This document shows, piece after piece, positions 39,619 to 49,752 of a DNA stretch of 64,000 nucleotides. The DNA comes from Terriglobia bacterium (GTDB lineage Bacteria > Acidobacteriota > Terriglobia > JAJPHL01 > JAPKYU01): NCBI GenBank assembly GCA_965206645.1, contig CBDBKE010000004.1, positions 352,001 to 416,000 of the forward strand, in the 5' to 3' direction. Position numbers and translations under genes: made by a program. Each line of letters opens with the position of its first letter. Position 1 is the stretch's first letter. The notes under the pieces are model-generated. The model saw only the letters and a list, made by a program, of their open reading frames with translations, was not told the origin of the DNA and made no database searches.

Positions 39619-40194
39619 GTGACGGCCAAAGGCGTAGAGGTCGAAATCAAGCTGGCGGTGGTGAATGCCAGCGCGATGCGGCGAGCCCTGCGCCGTCTGG
39701 ACTTTGTGCTGGCGGGACGCGAGTGGGAACGCGATATCGTTCTTGACACTCGCAGCCTGGCGCTACGGCGCAGCCGGTGCCTGCTGCGGCTGCGTCACCA
39801 CGGACGGCGCTGGAAGCTGACCTTTAAGGGACCTGCGGCCGCTGACCGGCGCTACAAGACCCGACCGGAAACCGAGATCGAAATCCAGGAGGGGCTGCGC
39901 CTGCTGCAGATTCTGGAGCAGTTGGGCTACCTCCCGGTCTTTCGCTACGAGAAACGGCGCAGCACCTACTGTCCAAGGGGCCGTAGAAGGCGCCAGGACG
40001 GTATCGCCAGCCTGGATGTGACCCCCATCGGCACGTTCCTGGAGCTGGAAGGGCCCGGGCGTTGGATTGAGCGGACCGCTCGGTCGCTCGGCTTCTCCCG
40101 GCGAGACTACATTACCCAGTCCTATGCTTCCCTGTATCGGCAATATTGCCGCGCGCACGGCCGAAAGCCGTCGCACATGGTCTTCCGCTCATGA
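39619..40194 (+). CDS. CYTH-domain protein (class IV adenylate cyclase-like)
   Basis: EVEIKL, LRLR, LTFKGP, RPETE, YEKRR, FLELEG. Confidence 0.88.
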   Translation: MTAKGVEVEIKLAVVNASAMRRALRRLDFVLAGREWERDIVLDTRSLALRRSRCLLRLRHHGRRWKLTFKGPAAADRRYKTRPETEIEIQEGLRLLQILEQLGYLPVFRYEKRRSTYCPRGRRRRQDGIASLDVTPIGTFLELEGPGRWIERTARSLGFSRRDYITQSYASLYRQYCRAHGRKPSHMVFRS

Positions 40195-41428
40195 TTTACC
40201 TGACGGAGCTGCTGCAGCTTCCTGTTGTGGGTCGTGCTGGCCGACAGCTCGGGCGCCTCGGTGAGCTGGCTCTGGTGCCAGCCGAAGATCCACGGCGCGT
40301 CGCCCATTTCGTCCTGCGCAGTCGCAAGGGCCGCCTGGCCATCCCGTACAACAACGTGCAGGAGAGCGGCCCGGAATGCTTGCGTCTCAACGTCGAGGTA
40401 GAAGAACTAGGGGAATACTCTGCCCGCGACGACCAGTTACTGGTAACCAAAGACCTGCTGGACCAATAAATCATTGATATTCACGGGCGCAAGGTAGTGC
40501 GGGTCAACGACGTGGGCTTTTTGCAGCAGCGCTCCAACGGGGCCTGCGAGGTGCGGCTGGCCGAGGTGGACGTGGGCGTCAGCGGAGCCTTCCGTCGGCT
40601 GTTCCGGGGGGTGTTGCCGCCACGCCTGATTCGCAAGCTGGAGCGGCCCCTGGCTCACCGGTCATCCCCTGGGAGTTCGTGGACCTGATCGAGGCCGACC
40701 CGCAGCGGCGCCTGAAGCTGAAAATTTCCCACGAGAGGCTGGCCCGCCTGCACCCGGCTGATTTGGCCGACATCGTCGAGGAACTGGCGCCCGCCGAGCG
40801 CGAAGCTCTGTTTGAAACCCTGGACGAAACCAAAGCCGCCGAAGCGCTCTCGGAAGTACTGCCCAGGGTACAGAAGTCGATCATCGAAGCGCTGGAGGTG
40901 GAAAAGGCCGCTGACATCGTCGAAGAAATGCCGCCGGATGAGGCTGCCGATTTGCTGGCCGAACTTCCTGAGGAAACCTCGGAAAAAATCATTGAGGACA
41001 TGCAGCCGGCTGAGGCCGAAGAACTCGAGGAGCTTCTAGAGTTCGAGGAGGACACAGCCGGCGGCCTGATGACAACCGACTTCATCGCCCTGGGGGAGGC
41101 CGGTACGGCCGAGACGGCCATTGTGGCGCTGCGCGAAACACGCGACGTGGCGCGTCTCACGAACACGCTGTTCCTGTTGGACGGGCAAGGCCGGCTGACA
41201 GGGGCGCTGCCGTTGGCAGAACTGTTCCTGGTGTCTCCCTCCTCTCCTCTGGCGGGGCTGAGGTCCGAGCCCTTGTTATTCGTGGTGACTGACGCCACGG
41301 AGCGCGACGTCATCGAGCTGTTTGACAAATACAACGTGCTGACCCTCCCGGTGGTGGACAAGGAATCCCGGCTCGTGGGAATCATCACTGCCGACGACGT
41401 TATCAGCCTGCTCAAGTCGAAACTGTGA
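40191..41428 (+). pseudogene. MgtE intracellular-type protein (PRC-barrel, MgtE-N, CBS; no TM domain), disrupted
   Basis: LLDQ*IIDIHGRKVVRVND (TAA at 40467-40469) and a 1-bp deletion near 40660 before VIPWEFVD; LHPADLADI, TAGGLMTT, GIITADD. Confidence 0.85.
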
Positions 41429-41438
41429 TCCCGCGACC

Positions 41439-42685
41439 ATGGTCCTGCAACGGCTCCGCAGAGCGAGACTCCACATCGTGGTATTCCTCTCGGTGTTGGG
41501 GCGGGCTTTATCACCGCCAACGTCGACAACGATGCCGGAGGGATCTACACCTACTCGCTGGCCGGGGCGCGCTTCGGATACCAACTGTTGTGGACCATCA
41601 TACCGATGGCAGTGGCCCTGGTCGTGGTGCAGGAGATGTGCGCCCGTATGGGCGCGGTGACGGGTAAGGGGCTGTCCGACCTGATCCGGGAGGAATTCGG
41701 CTTTCGCACAACGTTCCTGCTTATGGGGGCGTTGCTGCTGGCCAACTTCGGCAACGTGGTCGCTGAGTTTGCCGGGGTGGCGTCCAGCCTGGAGATTTTC
41801 GGTGTCAGCCGCTACATTTCGGTGCCCACGAGCGCGGCTCTGGTCTGGCTGCTTGTGGTGCGAGGCGACTACAAGCGGGTGGAAAAGGTCTTCCTGGCCG
41901 CCTCGGCCTTCTATCTTTCCTACATCGTTTCGGGATTTCTGGCGCGTCCGGATTGGACCCAGGCTGCGCTGCACACCGTCCGCCCAACGCTGAGCCTGCA
42001 TCCCGCCTACGTCATGATGATGATGGGGATGATCGGCGCAACCATTGCTCCTTGGATGCAGTTCTACTTGCAATCCGCAATAGTGGAAAAAGGAGTGCAG
42101 GCGCGCCAGTACCCGGAGTCCCGGGTCGAGGTGATCGTGGGCTGCATCTTCGCCGCGGTGGTGGTGTTTTTCATCGTGGTGGCCTGCTCGGCTACGCTTC
42201 ACGCCATCGGCCAGCACGACATCGACGATGCCGCCCAGGCCGCCGTCGCCCTGCGACCTCTGGCGGGCCAGTATGCCATGCTGCCGTTCGGCCTGGGCCT
42301 GTTCAATGCCTCCCTCTTTGCCGCCTCCATCCTGCCGCTGGCCACCGCCTATTCGGTGTGCGAGAGACTGGGTTTCGAAGCCGGGGTTAACAAGAGCTTC
42401 CGGGAAGCCCCTGTTTTCTATTGGCTGTATACGCTGCTGATCGTCTTCGGTGCCGGAGTGATTCTGGTGCCGGGCTTCCCGCTGATCCCCATGATCCTGT
42501 TATCGCAGGTGGTCAACGGGGTGCTGCTGCCCTTTGTGTTGCTGTTCATGCTGCTGCTGATCAACCGCGTGGACCTGATGGGCGAGTACACCAATTCCCG
42601 CAGCTATAACCTAGTCGCCTGGAGCACAGTGGTGGTCGTGATTATGCTGACATTCATGTTGCTAGTGGGCGGTTTGCGCGGCTAG
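41439..42685 (+). pseudogene. Nramp-family (NRMT-like) divalent metal transporter, frameshifted near the N-terminus
   Basis: Expected LGPGFITANVDNDAGGI is broken by one missing base near 41502; QEMCARMG.VTGKGL, GATIAPWMQFY, SQVVNG. Confidence 0.85.
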
Positions 42686-42699
42686 AGAGGTTCTAGGGA

Positions 42700-44988
42700 T
42701 TACGTGCGCACTTTCAACAGCAGGTAGACCCCCGCAAGGCCAAACAGCACATCGGGCAACCAGGCGGCTAAAGCGGGAGGCAGCTCATTGATGTTGCCTA
42801 GCTTTTCAAACAGCCCCGCCACGGTCCAGTAGAGCATGGCGATCCCGATGCTCACCGCCACACCAGCCATTGCGCCGCGGTGCCCGACGGTGAACGCGAA
42901 CGGGACGGCAATCACGGCCATAATCAGGGCAAACAGGGGGAAGGAAAACTTCTTGTGGAGCTGGACGGAGAGCTTGACCACGTCAAAGCCGCTCTGGTGC
43001 AGATCGTCGATGTAGCGGTTCAGTTCCCTGTAGTTCATCTCGATCGACTGCTTCACCTCTTTCTTGAAGTATTCTGGCCTTTCTTGCACATGTGGAAAGA
43101 CTTGTACGTCAAATCTCCGGAAGCTAGTCACCTCCATCTCGTCGGTTTCCCGCACCCAGCCGTTCTCAAACACCCAGTTGTCCAGCCGGGGCTCCCAGTG
43201 GGCGCGCTCAGCCCAAATCCGTCGCCGCAGTTGAAAGCTCGCCGGGTCCAGCTCAAAGATGCTGACTCCTCCCATCACGTTCTGCTCCGGCTCAAAAAAG
43301 TTGTAGTAAAAGATGCGCGACTCCTGGCCGAAGATCCATTTGCGGTCCGGACGGAAATAGGTTTGCGGGGGCCGCCCTTTAATGCGGCTGCGCAGGGCTT
43401 CCTGCTTTTTGTTGGCCGAGGGCAGATAGAAGTGATCGAAGGCAAACAGAGCGACGCTGAGCACGGCTGCCGCCAGCAACACGGACAGGCTCGCCCGGTA
43501 CAGGCTGACACCGCAGGCCTTCATCGCGGTGAATTCGTTTCGTTTGGTGAGAAGGCCGAAGGTCACCAGGACCGCCACTAACACGCTGATCGGCGCAATC
43601 ACGTAGATGAGCTGGGGGGCCAGGTAAAGAAAGTACGAGGCGATGGTGCTCCACGGAGCGCGGTTCTGATAGATGTCATTCAACAGGTCGAAGAAGGTGA
43701 CGGCTTCGGCCAGAAAAAGGAACCCGGCGAGCAAGACCAGGAAGTAAAACAGGAACGTGCGGATCAGGTAGCCATCCAGCACCAGGGGGAAGTTCGGGTG
43801 GAGCCAGCGCCGGGGCAGGGAAGTGAAGCCGGCGGAGTGGCGGCGCAGCCAGCCTGCCTGAGGAAATTCAAAACGCCCGCGAATCCGATGGAACGCACCG
43901 CCCAGCACCCCGCTCCGATCGACTCGCACCAGGAGCAGGCATCCAAGCAGGAAGAAGAAAGTGTTGGCTAGCCAGAGCGCGGGTCCCGGGCCCAGCCGTC
44001 CTTGGCGCGCCATACTGATCCCGGCGACCAACAACAGGTAGTAGCAAAACACCAGCAGAAGCGTCAGGATCACACCCGTGGATTTGCCGCCGCGCCGAGA
44101 GGAAAGGCCCAGGGGAATTCCCACAAGGGCCAGCACCAGACAGGCGGCCGGCAGAGCCAGCCTCCGGTGCAATTCGATGCGAGCCAGAAGGCCGTCGGGA
44201 TCGCCGGGGGGTCGCGCCAGCAGTTCACTGGTGTAATGCCCAGTAAAACGCCTGGCCTGCATCTCGGCGGGCCGTTCCAGCGTCACCGGGATGTCGCTCT
44301 GCAGGAAGTGGGAAATCAAGTATTCTTCCGGCTCCGGCCGGACCTCGTGACGGCTTCCGTTGACTAGGTGGAGCTGCAGCTTATTTCCGCCCGAGTCAGG
44401 CAGGACCCGACCCCGCTCGGCAAACGTCACCGTGGGGCCGTTTTTTGAAGCCAGGTCCGCTAAGAACACGCCCCGCCAATCGCTTCCGTCCCCACGCACA
44501 TCGTTGACGTAGAGGACCAGGTTGGGAAAGCTTTCCTCGAAGACCCGTGGCTGGATGTTGGCCGGCACCTGAGAGGCGGCCAGCGCGTTCTGGATCCGCA
44601 CCAATTCTCGCACTGCCCGCGGCGCCAGGTAGATTGAGGTGAAGGAGCTCAGCGCGGCCCCGACCAACGCGAAGGCGGCTACCGGAACCACGAAACGTGC
44701 CACACTCAAGCCAGCAGCGCGGACGGCCGTCACCTCGCTGTCGCTAGCCATCCGGCTCAATCCGATGAGAATACCGACTAGAACCGCCATGGGGATAGTC
44801 AACGCAAGCGTAGGCGGCAAGGTCAGCAGGAACAGCCAGATGACCGTCCCAAAGGAGGCCGACCGTCGGACCAGCAGCTCCAACAGCCGCCCCACGTCCC
44901 GGGCAAACAGTACGAAGGTGAACAGCGCCAGCCCTAGTAGGGCGTGCGTCAGAATTTCCTTGAGGATGTAACGATTTAGGATCCTCAT
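42700..44988 (-). CDS. Fused LptF-LptG LPS export permease
   Basis: Two tandem YjgP/YjgQ units: RILNRYI...SDSEVTA and LDGYLIR...RNEFTAMKACG. Confidence 0.9.
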   Translation of the reverse strand: MRILNRYILKEILTHALLGLALFTFVLFARDVGRLLELLVRRSASFGTVIWLFLLTLPPTLALTIPMAVLVGILIGLSRMASDSEVTAVRAAGLSVARFVVPVAAFALVGAALSSFTSIYLAPRAVRELVRIQNALAASQVPANIQPRVFEESFPNLVLYVNDVRGDGSDWRGVFLADLASKNGPTVTFAERGRVLPDSGGNKLQLHLVNGSRHEVRPEPEEYLISHFLQSDIPVTLERPAEMQARRFTGHYTSELLARPPGDPDGLLARIELHRRLALPAACLVLALVGIPLGLSSRRGGKSTGVILTLLLVFCYYLLLVAGISMARQGRLGPGPALWLANTFFFLLGCLLLVRVDRSGVLGGAFHRIRGRFEFPQAGWLRRHSAGFTSLPRRWLHPNFPLVLDGYLIRTFLFYFLVLLAGFLFLAEAVTFFDLLNDIYQNRAPWSTIASYFLYLAPQLIYVIAPISVLVAVLVTFGLLTKRNEFTAMKACGVSLYRASLSVLLAAAVLSVALFAFDHFYLPSANKKQEALRSRIKGRPPQTYFRPDRKWIFGQESRIFYYNFFEPEQNVMGGVSIFELDPASFQLRRRIWAERAHWEPRLDNWVFENGWVRETDEMEVTSFRRFDVQVFPHVQERPEYFKKEVKQSIEMNYRELNRYIDDLHQSGFDVVKLSVQLHKKFSFPLFALIMAVIAVPFAFTVGHRGAMAGVAVSIGIAMLYWTVAGLFEKLGNINELPPALAAWLPDVLFGLAGVYLLLKVRT

Positions 44989-45286
44989 CAATTCGACCGG
45001 ATAATTCCCTAAAGCTGTCTTATACCCTGATTTTTCCTAACCAGGAAGGGCTTCTCAGTCCAAAACAGGAAAGACTGGGGAAGGCGAAACGATCAACTGA
45101 TTTATTGTCAATGACTTCCTTGGATTGTTTCAAGAAAAGCCACCGGCCTCTTGGGAAAGACCTGCGGGCTTGTGAGGAAGGACCTGAACGTTTCTTAACA
45201 TACTCCAGCTGGACCAGCATAAAGGTGGCCGGAGTCGCACGTGTAGGCGGTGCGTGTGGAGACTAGCAGTATGAAATGGCTGCTCT

Positions 45287-46444
45287 TTAGGAGGCGCGTT
45301 TCAGGCGGGCTGGCTGCTCCTTAACCGCAGCTGAGGCAGTAGCCTGGTTGCGCGGGAGCACATCGTCCTTGCTCAGGCCAGCCATGGCGTGGACTGGCAG
45401 GCCTTCGGCTTCCTTGGAAAACGTCAGGCGCTCCCCGGAGGCATCGAAGTCCACCCGCACCAAGTCGCCGATGCGCACCTGCTCGGTGGCAATCAAGTTC
45501 GACAGCGGATAGACAAGCTGCCGCTCCAAGATGCGCTTCAGGTGCCGAGCGCCGGATTTGGGATCGGTGCCTTCGCGCAACAGGTAGTGCTTCGCGGGCC
45601 CCGTGCACTCATAGATAAAGGGTGGGCCCTGGACCGACCCCAGGATGCGCTCCTGGATAAAGCCCAGCTCCAGATCCAGGATTTCTCCCAACTGCTCTTC
45701 GCCGAGCGGCTTGAACACCACCACCTTATCGATCCGGTTTATGAACTCGGGAGCGAATTTCTTGCGGGCTGCGTCCAACCCGGCACCGGAAATTTTTGCC
45801 CAGAGCTTGCCGCTATCGTCCACCGGCCTGCTCACAAAGCCAATGCGGGGTGAGACAATGGCCGACATTTCGGCAGACCCGAGATTGCTGGTCATGAAAA
45901 TCAGAGCGCGGGAAAAGTCCACCCGCCGATTGTCTCCCAGCGTCAGGGTGGCTTTGTCCAAGATGCCCAGCAGCAAGTTCCACAGCGCGTCGGACGCCTT
46001 CTCGATTTCGTCGAAGAGCACGAAACTCAGGCCGCACTGCTCGGTGTGGTGCTGGTTGAGAACTTCCTGACTCAGCAGCGGATGCGTCTCCCGATGACCC
46101 AGATACCCGGGCGGCGACCCAATCAACTTGGCAATTTCATGGCTGTGCTGGAACTCGGCACAATCAATCTTGATGACCGCGCGCGGGTCGTCCAACAGGG
46201 ACTCCGCGGTTGCCTCCACCATCCGGGTCTTGCCGGTGCCGGTGGGCCCAAGGAACAGGAAATTACCGACTGGCCGGCCGGGCGTATTCATACCTGCCAG
46301 GTAGGTCTGGTAAACCTTTACCACCTGCTCAATGGCCTCTTCCTGGCCCACGATGAGCTTGCGAAGGCTTTGGTCGAACCCTTCCGCCTTCCTGCCCACC
46401 AGGTTGGCGTCCAGAACCTTACGCGTGCGAGTCATGATGTTCAC
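45287..46444 (-). CDS. Single-domain ClpB/ClpC-D2-like AAA+ ATPase
   Basis: GQEEA, GPTGTGKT, GSPPGYLG, FDEIEKA, MTSNLG, PEFINRID, GARHLKR; no N-domain or D1. Confidence 0.88.
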   Translation of the reverse strand: MNIMTRTRKVLDANLVGRKAEGFDQSLRKLIVGQEEAIEQVVKVYQTYLAGMNTPGRPVGNFLFLGPTGTGKTRMVEATAESLLDDPRAVIKIDCAEFQHSHEIAKLIGSPPGYLGHRETHPLLSQEVLNQHHTEQCGLSFVLFDEIEKASDALWNLLLGILDKATLTLGDNRRVDFSRALIFMTSNLGSAEMSAIVSPRIGFVSRPVDDSGKLWAKISGAGLDAARKKFAPEFINRIDKVVVFKPLGEEQLGEILDLELGFIQERILGSVQGPPFIYECTGPAKHYLLREGTDPKSGARHLKRILERQLVYPLSNLIATEQVRIGDLVRVDFDASGERLTFSKEAEGLPVHAMAGLSKDDVLPRNQATASAAVKEQPARLKRAS

Positions 46445-46606
46445 TCCTTCAGGGTCCTAGCAACTTGGATGCCAAAGGCACCCTGCCGGATTCGCTTACA
46501 TTTTATAGACGCACGAGGATGGCTCCTGGGTTCCGCGCTACAGGAAACGGGAGATTTCCACCCGAAAGTTGCTTTTGTAGCAGACCGACTTGTTCTTACG
46601 AGAGAG

Positions 46607-47323
46607 TCACTTCCGCGGGGGCATCAGTGGCCGCATATCTACGCTGCTAGCCAGTGCCTGGGGCGGCAAGCGCAGTAGATGCAACACAGTCTGGGCAATG
46701 TCCTCGGCGCGTAGCTTCCAGTCCTTGTGAGCCCTTCGCGAAGTGGAGCTGCTGAAATCCGTGGAGACGCTGCCGGGAAGGACACAACTCACACGGATGT
46801 TGTCGTAGCGGACATCGAGCATGAGGGCTTCGCTGAAGCCAATAAGTCCAAACTTCGAGGCATTGTAAGCGGCACCGCCTGCGAAAACATTCTTGCCCGC
46901 TAGGCTGCCGATATTGATGATGTAGCCGCCTCCGCGCCGTTTCATTAAGGGAATGGCCAGACGGCTGCAATAGAAGACTCCGGAAAGGTTGGTGTCGATG
47001 ACTGTGCGCCAGTGTTCGAGTGGCAGCTCAGCGACACTGCCGAAGAAACCGACCCCGGCGTTGTTCACCAACACGTCCAGGCCATTGAAGCGTTGCTCGA
47101 CCGCGCCAAACAGAGCTGCCACCTGCTCCTGCTGTCCTACATCGCAAGGGACAGTGACGGCCCGAGGCCCCAGCAGGGAGCCACTCCGCTCCAGGTTGGG
47201 GCGGTCTCGGCCGCAGATAGCCGTTTCAGCCCCTTCGTTCACCAGCGCCTGGGCAATCGCTAGCCCGATACCGCGTGAGCCGCCCGTTACCAGCGACGTC
47301 TTTCCGTCCAGAAAGCCCATCAT
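46607..47323 (-). CDS. SDR family oxidoreductase
   Basis: TGGSRGIG, NNAG, YNASK. Confidence 0.9.
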   Translation of the reverse strand: MMGFLDGKTSLVTGGSRGIGLAIAQALVNEGAETAICGRDRPNLERSGSLLGPRAVTVPCDVGQQEQVAALFGAVEQRFNGLDVLVNNAGVGFFGSVAELPLEHWRTVIDTNLSGVFYCSRLAIPLMKRRGGGYIINIGSLAGKNVFAGGAAYNASKFGLIGFSEALMLDVRYDNIRVSCVLPGSVSTDFSSSTSRRAHKDWKLRAEDIAQTVLHLLRLPPQALASSVDMRPLMPPRK

Positions 47324-47371
47324 CAACCTCCGAGTTTTTGTGTGGCTACAACCGAAGAATACTAAGTCAGT

Positions 47372-48064
47372 TTAAGCCAGGCGAGGCCCCAGAAAGCGAA
47401 ACTCAATCTCTGGCTGGAAAAATGCCGCCACCGGCGTTTTCAGCTCTTCATGCGTCAGCACCCCGAGCGCGACCCATTCGTCTAGTTGAACACGCTCCAG
47501 GATCAGGTCGTCGGGGTCCATGAGCGCGTGTGCCACGGGCAGTTCCGCGTGCCGGCCGGAACGTAGAGGCAGGAAGCCTCGCAGCACCTGGGTGACAGCC
47601 AGGATCACTCGGGCTCGGTCGCCGAGGCGGGGGAAGTACCGGCGACGTTCCGAGCTCCGATGCGCAGCGATCTCGCACACACGGCCAGAGACTTCGGCGT
47701 GGACGAACACGTCGTCACCCCGGAATCGCCAAGAGAATTGGTGCGCTCGAGCCGCCACGGGAGTCACCGCCCGCATTGCTACCGACCAGCTGCTTAGGCC
47801 CATGCGCAGAAAGTACACCCCGGCGGTCCCGCGCCGCTGGACATAGACCCGATAGTTCACTTGGTGGAACCGGAGGACCGGGAAGGGGAACCTGGCGGGG
47901 CGCAACGGATCATAGGAAAAGACAAGAGTGGCCACCAGGGCGTGATCACCCTCCTCGCCAACCCGCTCCAGTTCGTAACCGGCTGGCACCAGCGACTGAA
48001 TGCGCTCACGCGGCACTAGGTACGCCAGCACCAGTAGGTTACGCAGCCGAGCGAGAAACTCCAT
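47372..48064 (-). CDS. DUF2071/YqjF-like protein
   Basis: Y.VP.E.IQSLVP.G.EL, F.QVNYRVYV....GVYF. Confidence 0.65.
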   Translation of the reverse strand: MEFLARLRNLLVLAYLVPRERIQSLVPAGYELERVGEEGDHALVATLVFSYDPLRPARFPFPVLRFHQVNYRVYVQRRGTAGVYFLRMGLSSWSVAMRAVTPVAARAHQFSWRFRGDDVFVHAEVSGRVCEIAAHRSSERRRYFPRLGDRARVILAVTQVLRGFLPLRSGRHAELPVAHALMDPDDLILERVQLDEWVALGVLTHEELKTPVAAFFQPEIEFRFLGPRLA

Positions 48065-48158
48065 CGGGAGTCAGTCCCGGATTTGCCGATCCAGGCTAAG
48101 CGGGGTAACCCATTGGGAATCAAGACGTTGGCTCATGTGCCGTAATCCGAAAAGCAGG

Positions 48159-48186
48159 AGTTGACATAATATCTCTTATCAGACGA
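48159..48186 (-). other. dif-like XerC/XerD recombination site
   Basis: Minus strand TCGTCTGATAA-GAGATA-TTATGTCAACT, 11-6-11 architecture resembling E. coli dif GGTGCGCATAA-TGTATA-TTATGTTAAAT; intergenic and AT-rich. Confidence 0.8.
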
Positions 48187-48378
48187 AAGTGCAGCGGCTC
48201 CCGTAACCCCCGCAATTGCGGCAAGCCCCTGCCTTCACAATAGTTCGTGCACTCTCCTCTCACAGTATCGGCCCGTTCGCGGCGGAATGGCGTGTAGGCG
48301 CGGCTGCGGCTGGCGCCTGCGGGGTGGGCGCAGGCGGGAGCGCCTACGCCGTGCTACCATGAAGGATTGGCAAGTACA

Positions 48379-48768
48379 ATGCCCGGCACGAAGCCCAACA
48401 CCAATGCAGCCATCGTGGACATTTCCAAGAGCAGCGGCGTCGCGATCACATGGCAGGACGGTCATCACAGTGAATATGGGCTGCAATACCTTCGGGACCA
48501 CTGTCCTTGCGCCATGTGCGGGAAGGTAGAAAAGGTTCCCCTTGCGGCGGAACCCTCCAACCCGCTCCCCATGTTCAAGCCGCGGGCCCGCATCCTGGAC
48601 GTGGAACCTGTCGGCCGCTATGCCATGCGTTTCTTTTGGAGCGACGGGCATAGCACCGGCATCTATTCCTACGAGCACCTGCGCCAGATCTGTCCCTGCG
48701 CAGAGTGCAGCCCGGCTAGCCAGCCGTCAACTCCCAGCCGGCCGTCAGCTCAATCACTCGATAAGTGA
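48379..48768 (+). CDS. DUF971 (GBBH-like N-terminal) protein
   Basis: WQDGH.S.Y....LRDHCPCA.C, VGRYA..F.WSDGHSTGIYSYEHLR. Confidence 0.9.
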   Translation: MPGTKPNTNAAIVDISKSSGVAITWQDGHHSEYGLQYLRDHCPCAMCGKVEKVPLAAEPSNPLPMFKPRARILDVEPVGRYAMRFFWSDGHSTGIYSYEHLRQICPCAECSPASQPSTPSRPSAQSLDK

Positions 48769-49724
48769 AGCCGGCAGTAGGCGACGGCAATTTCTGCCGC
48801 CACGCGGGCGTTATCTTCCAGCAGCGCCAGGTTGGCAGCCAGCGCTTCCCCGCCCGTCAGCCGGGCCGTCTCGGCCAGCAGAAACGGCGTCACCTCTGGC
48901 CCGCGCACCTGCGCGGCCCGAGCTCGGTTTATAGCTACCTCAGTAGCTTGCTCCACCGTGGATCTTTCCAGAGCAGCCCTGGCCGGCGGTGGATTAGCGA
49001 TCAGAACCGAGCCGGTATAACCCAGGGCGCGGCTGGCGGCTACGGCGTGCGCCGCCGCCTTGGGCGTATCCACTCGGTGTGCCAGGCACAGGCCGGATTC
49101 ACGCGCCAGGAACGCGGGAAACTCATCGGTGCCGTAGCCCAGAACCGGAACGCCGAGAGTCTCCAAAGATTCCAGAGTTCGGGGCAAATCCAGAAAGCCT
49201 TTGACGCCGGAGCAAACCACAGTCACGGGGGATCGGGCCAGTTGCGGCAGGTCGGAAGAAACGTCGCCATCTCCGGCCCGCGCACTTGCGCGGCCCGCGT
49301 GCCGTTTCCCTGCCCCAGCTCCTCGGTGCACGCCGCCAATGCCACCTGTGGCCAGAAATCCGATTCCAGCCATGCCGGCCACGGCAAGCGTGGCGCTGAC
49401 CGTGGTGCCACCGGAAAGCCCGCGCGCCGCCGCCACTCCCAAGTCGCGGACAGCGCATTTCATTGGCGCGCTCCCGGGCAGTGCCAGGCGCTCCTGCTGT
49501 TCTCCGTCGAGTCCGACCCGCACGCAGCCATCCAGCAAAGCGACGATAGCTGGGATGGCGCCGGCCTGGCGCACGGCGTGCTCACAGGCCGTCGCTGCCT
49601 CCAGATTTTGCGGATGCGGCAAACCATGGGTGAGCACTGCTGTTTCCAACGCTACCACCGGGCTACCGCTGTCCAGGGCGGCGCGAACTTCCTCGCTAAT
49701 CAGAAGAGTGGTTCTATTCTGCAC
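48750..49724 (-). CDS. psuG: Pseudouridine-5'-phosphate glycosidase
   Basis: PVVALET...HGLP.PQN, GTTVSAT, ATGGIGGVHRG, DVSSDL, CSGVK..LD, VTPFLL; start approximate. Confidence 0.88.
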   Translation of the reverse strand: MQNRTTLLISEEVRAALDSGSPVVALETAVLTHGLPHPQNLEAATACEHAVRQAGAIPAIVALLDGCVRVGLDGEQQERLALPGSAPMKCAVRDLGVAAARGLSGGTTVSATLAVAGMAGIGFLATGGIGGVHRGAGAGKRHAGRASARAGDGDVSSDLPQLARSPVTVVCSGVKGFLDLPRTLESLETLGVPVLGYGTDEFPAFLARESGLCLAHRVDTPKAAAHAVAASRALGYTGSVLIANPPPARAALERSTVEQATEVAINRARAAQVRGPEVTPFLLAETARLTGGEALAANLALLEDNARVAAEIAVAYCRLHLSSD

Positions 49725-49752
49725 TCCCGCTGCTGTCTTTTGCCTGCCGGAG

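Noticed and set aside
25223-40469. Stop-codon reassignment or selenocysteine as an explanation for the in-frame TGA and TAA
   Set aside because: Many intact genes here end in TGA or TAA, the TGA replaces Trp rather than Cys, and the TAA gene also has a frameshift.
45000-45286. AT-richer intergenic region with a hairpin and a 66-aa ORF upstream of lptFG
   Set aside because: No recognisable RNA family or coding signal; probably promoter DNA.
48161-48171. TTGACATAAT read as a sigma70 promoter
   Set aside because: The -35 and -10-like hexamers overlap with no spacer; better explained as the XerD arm of dif.
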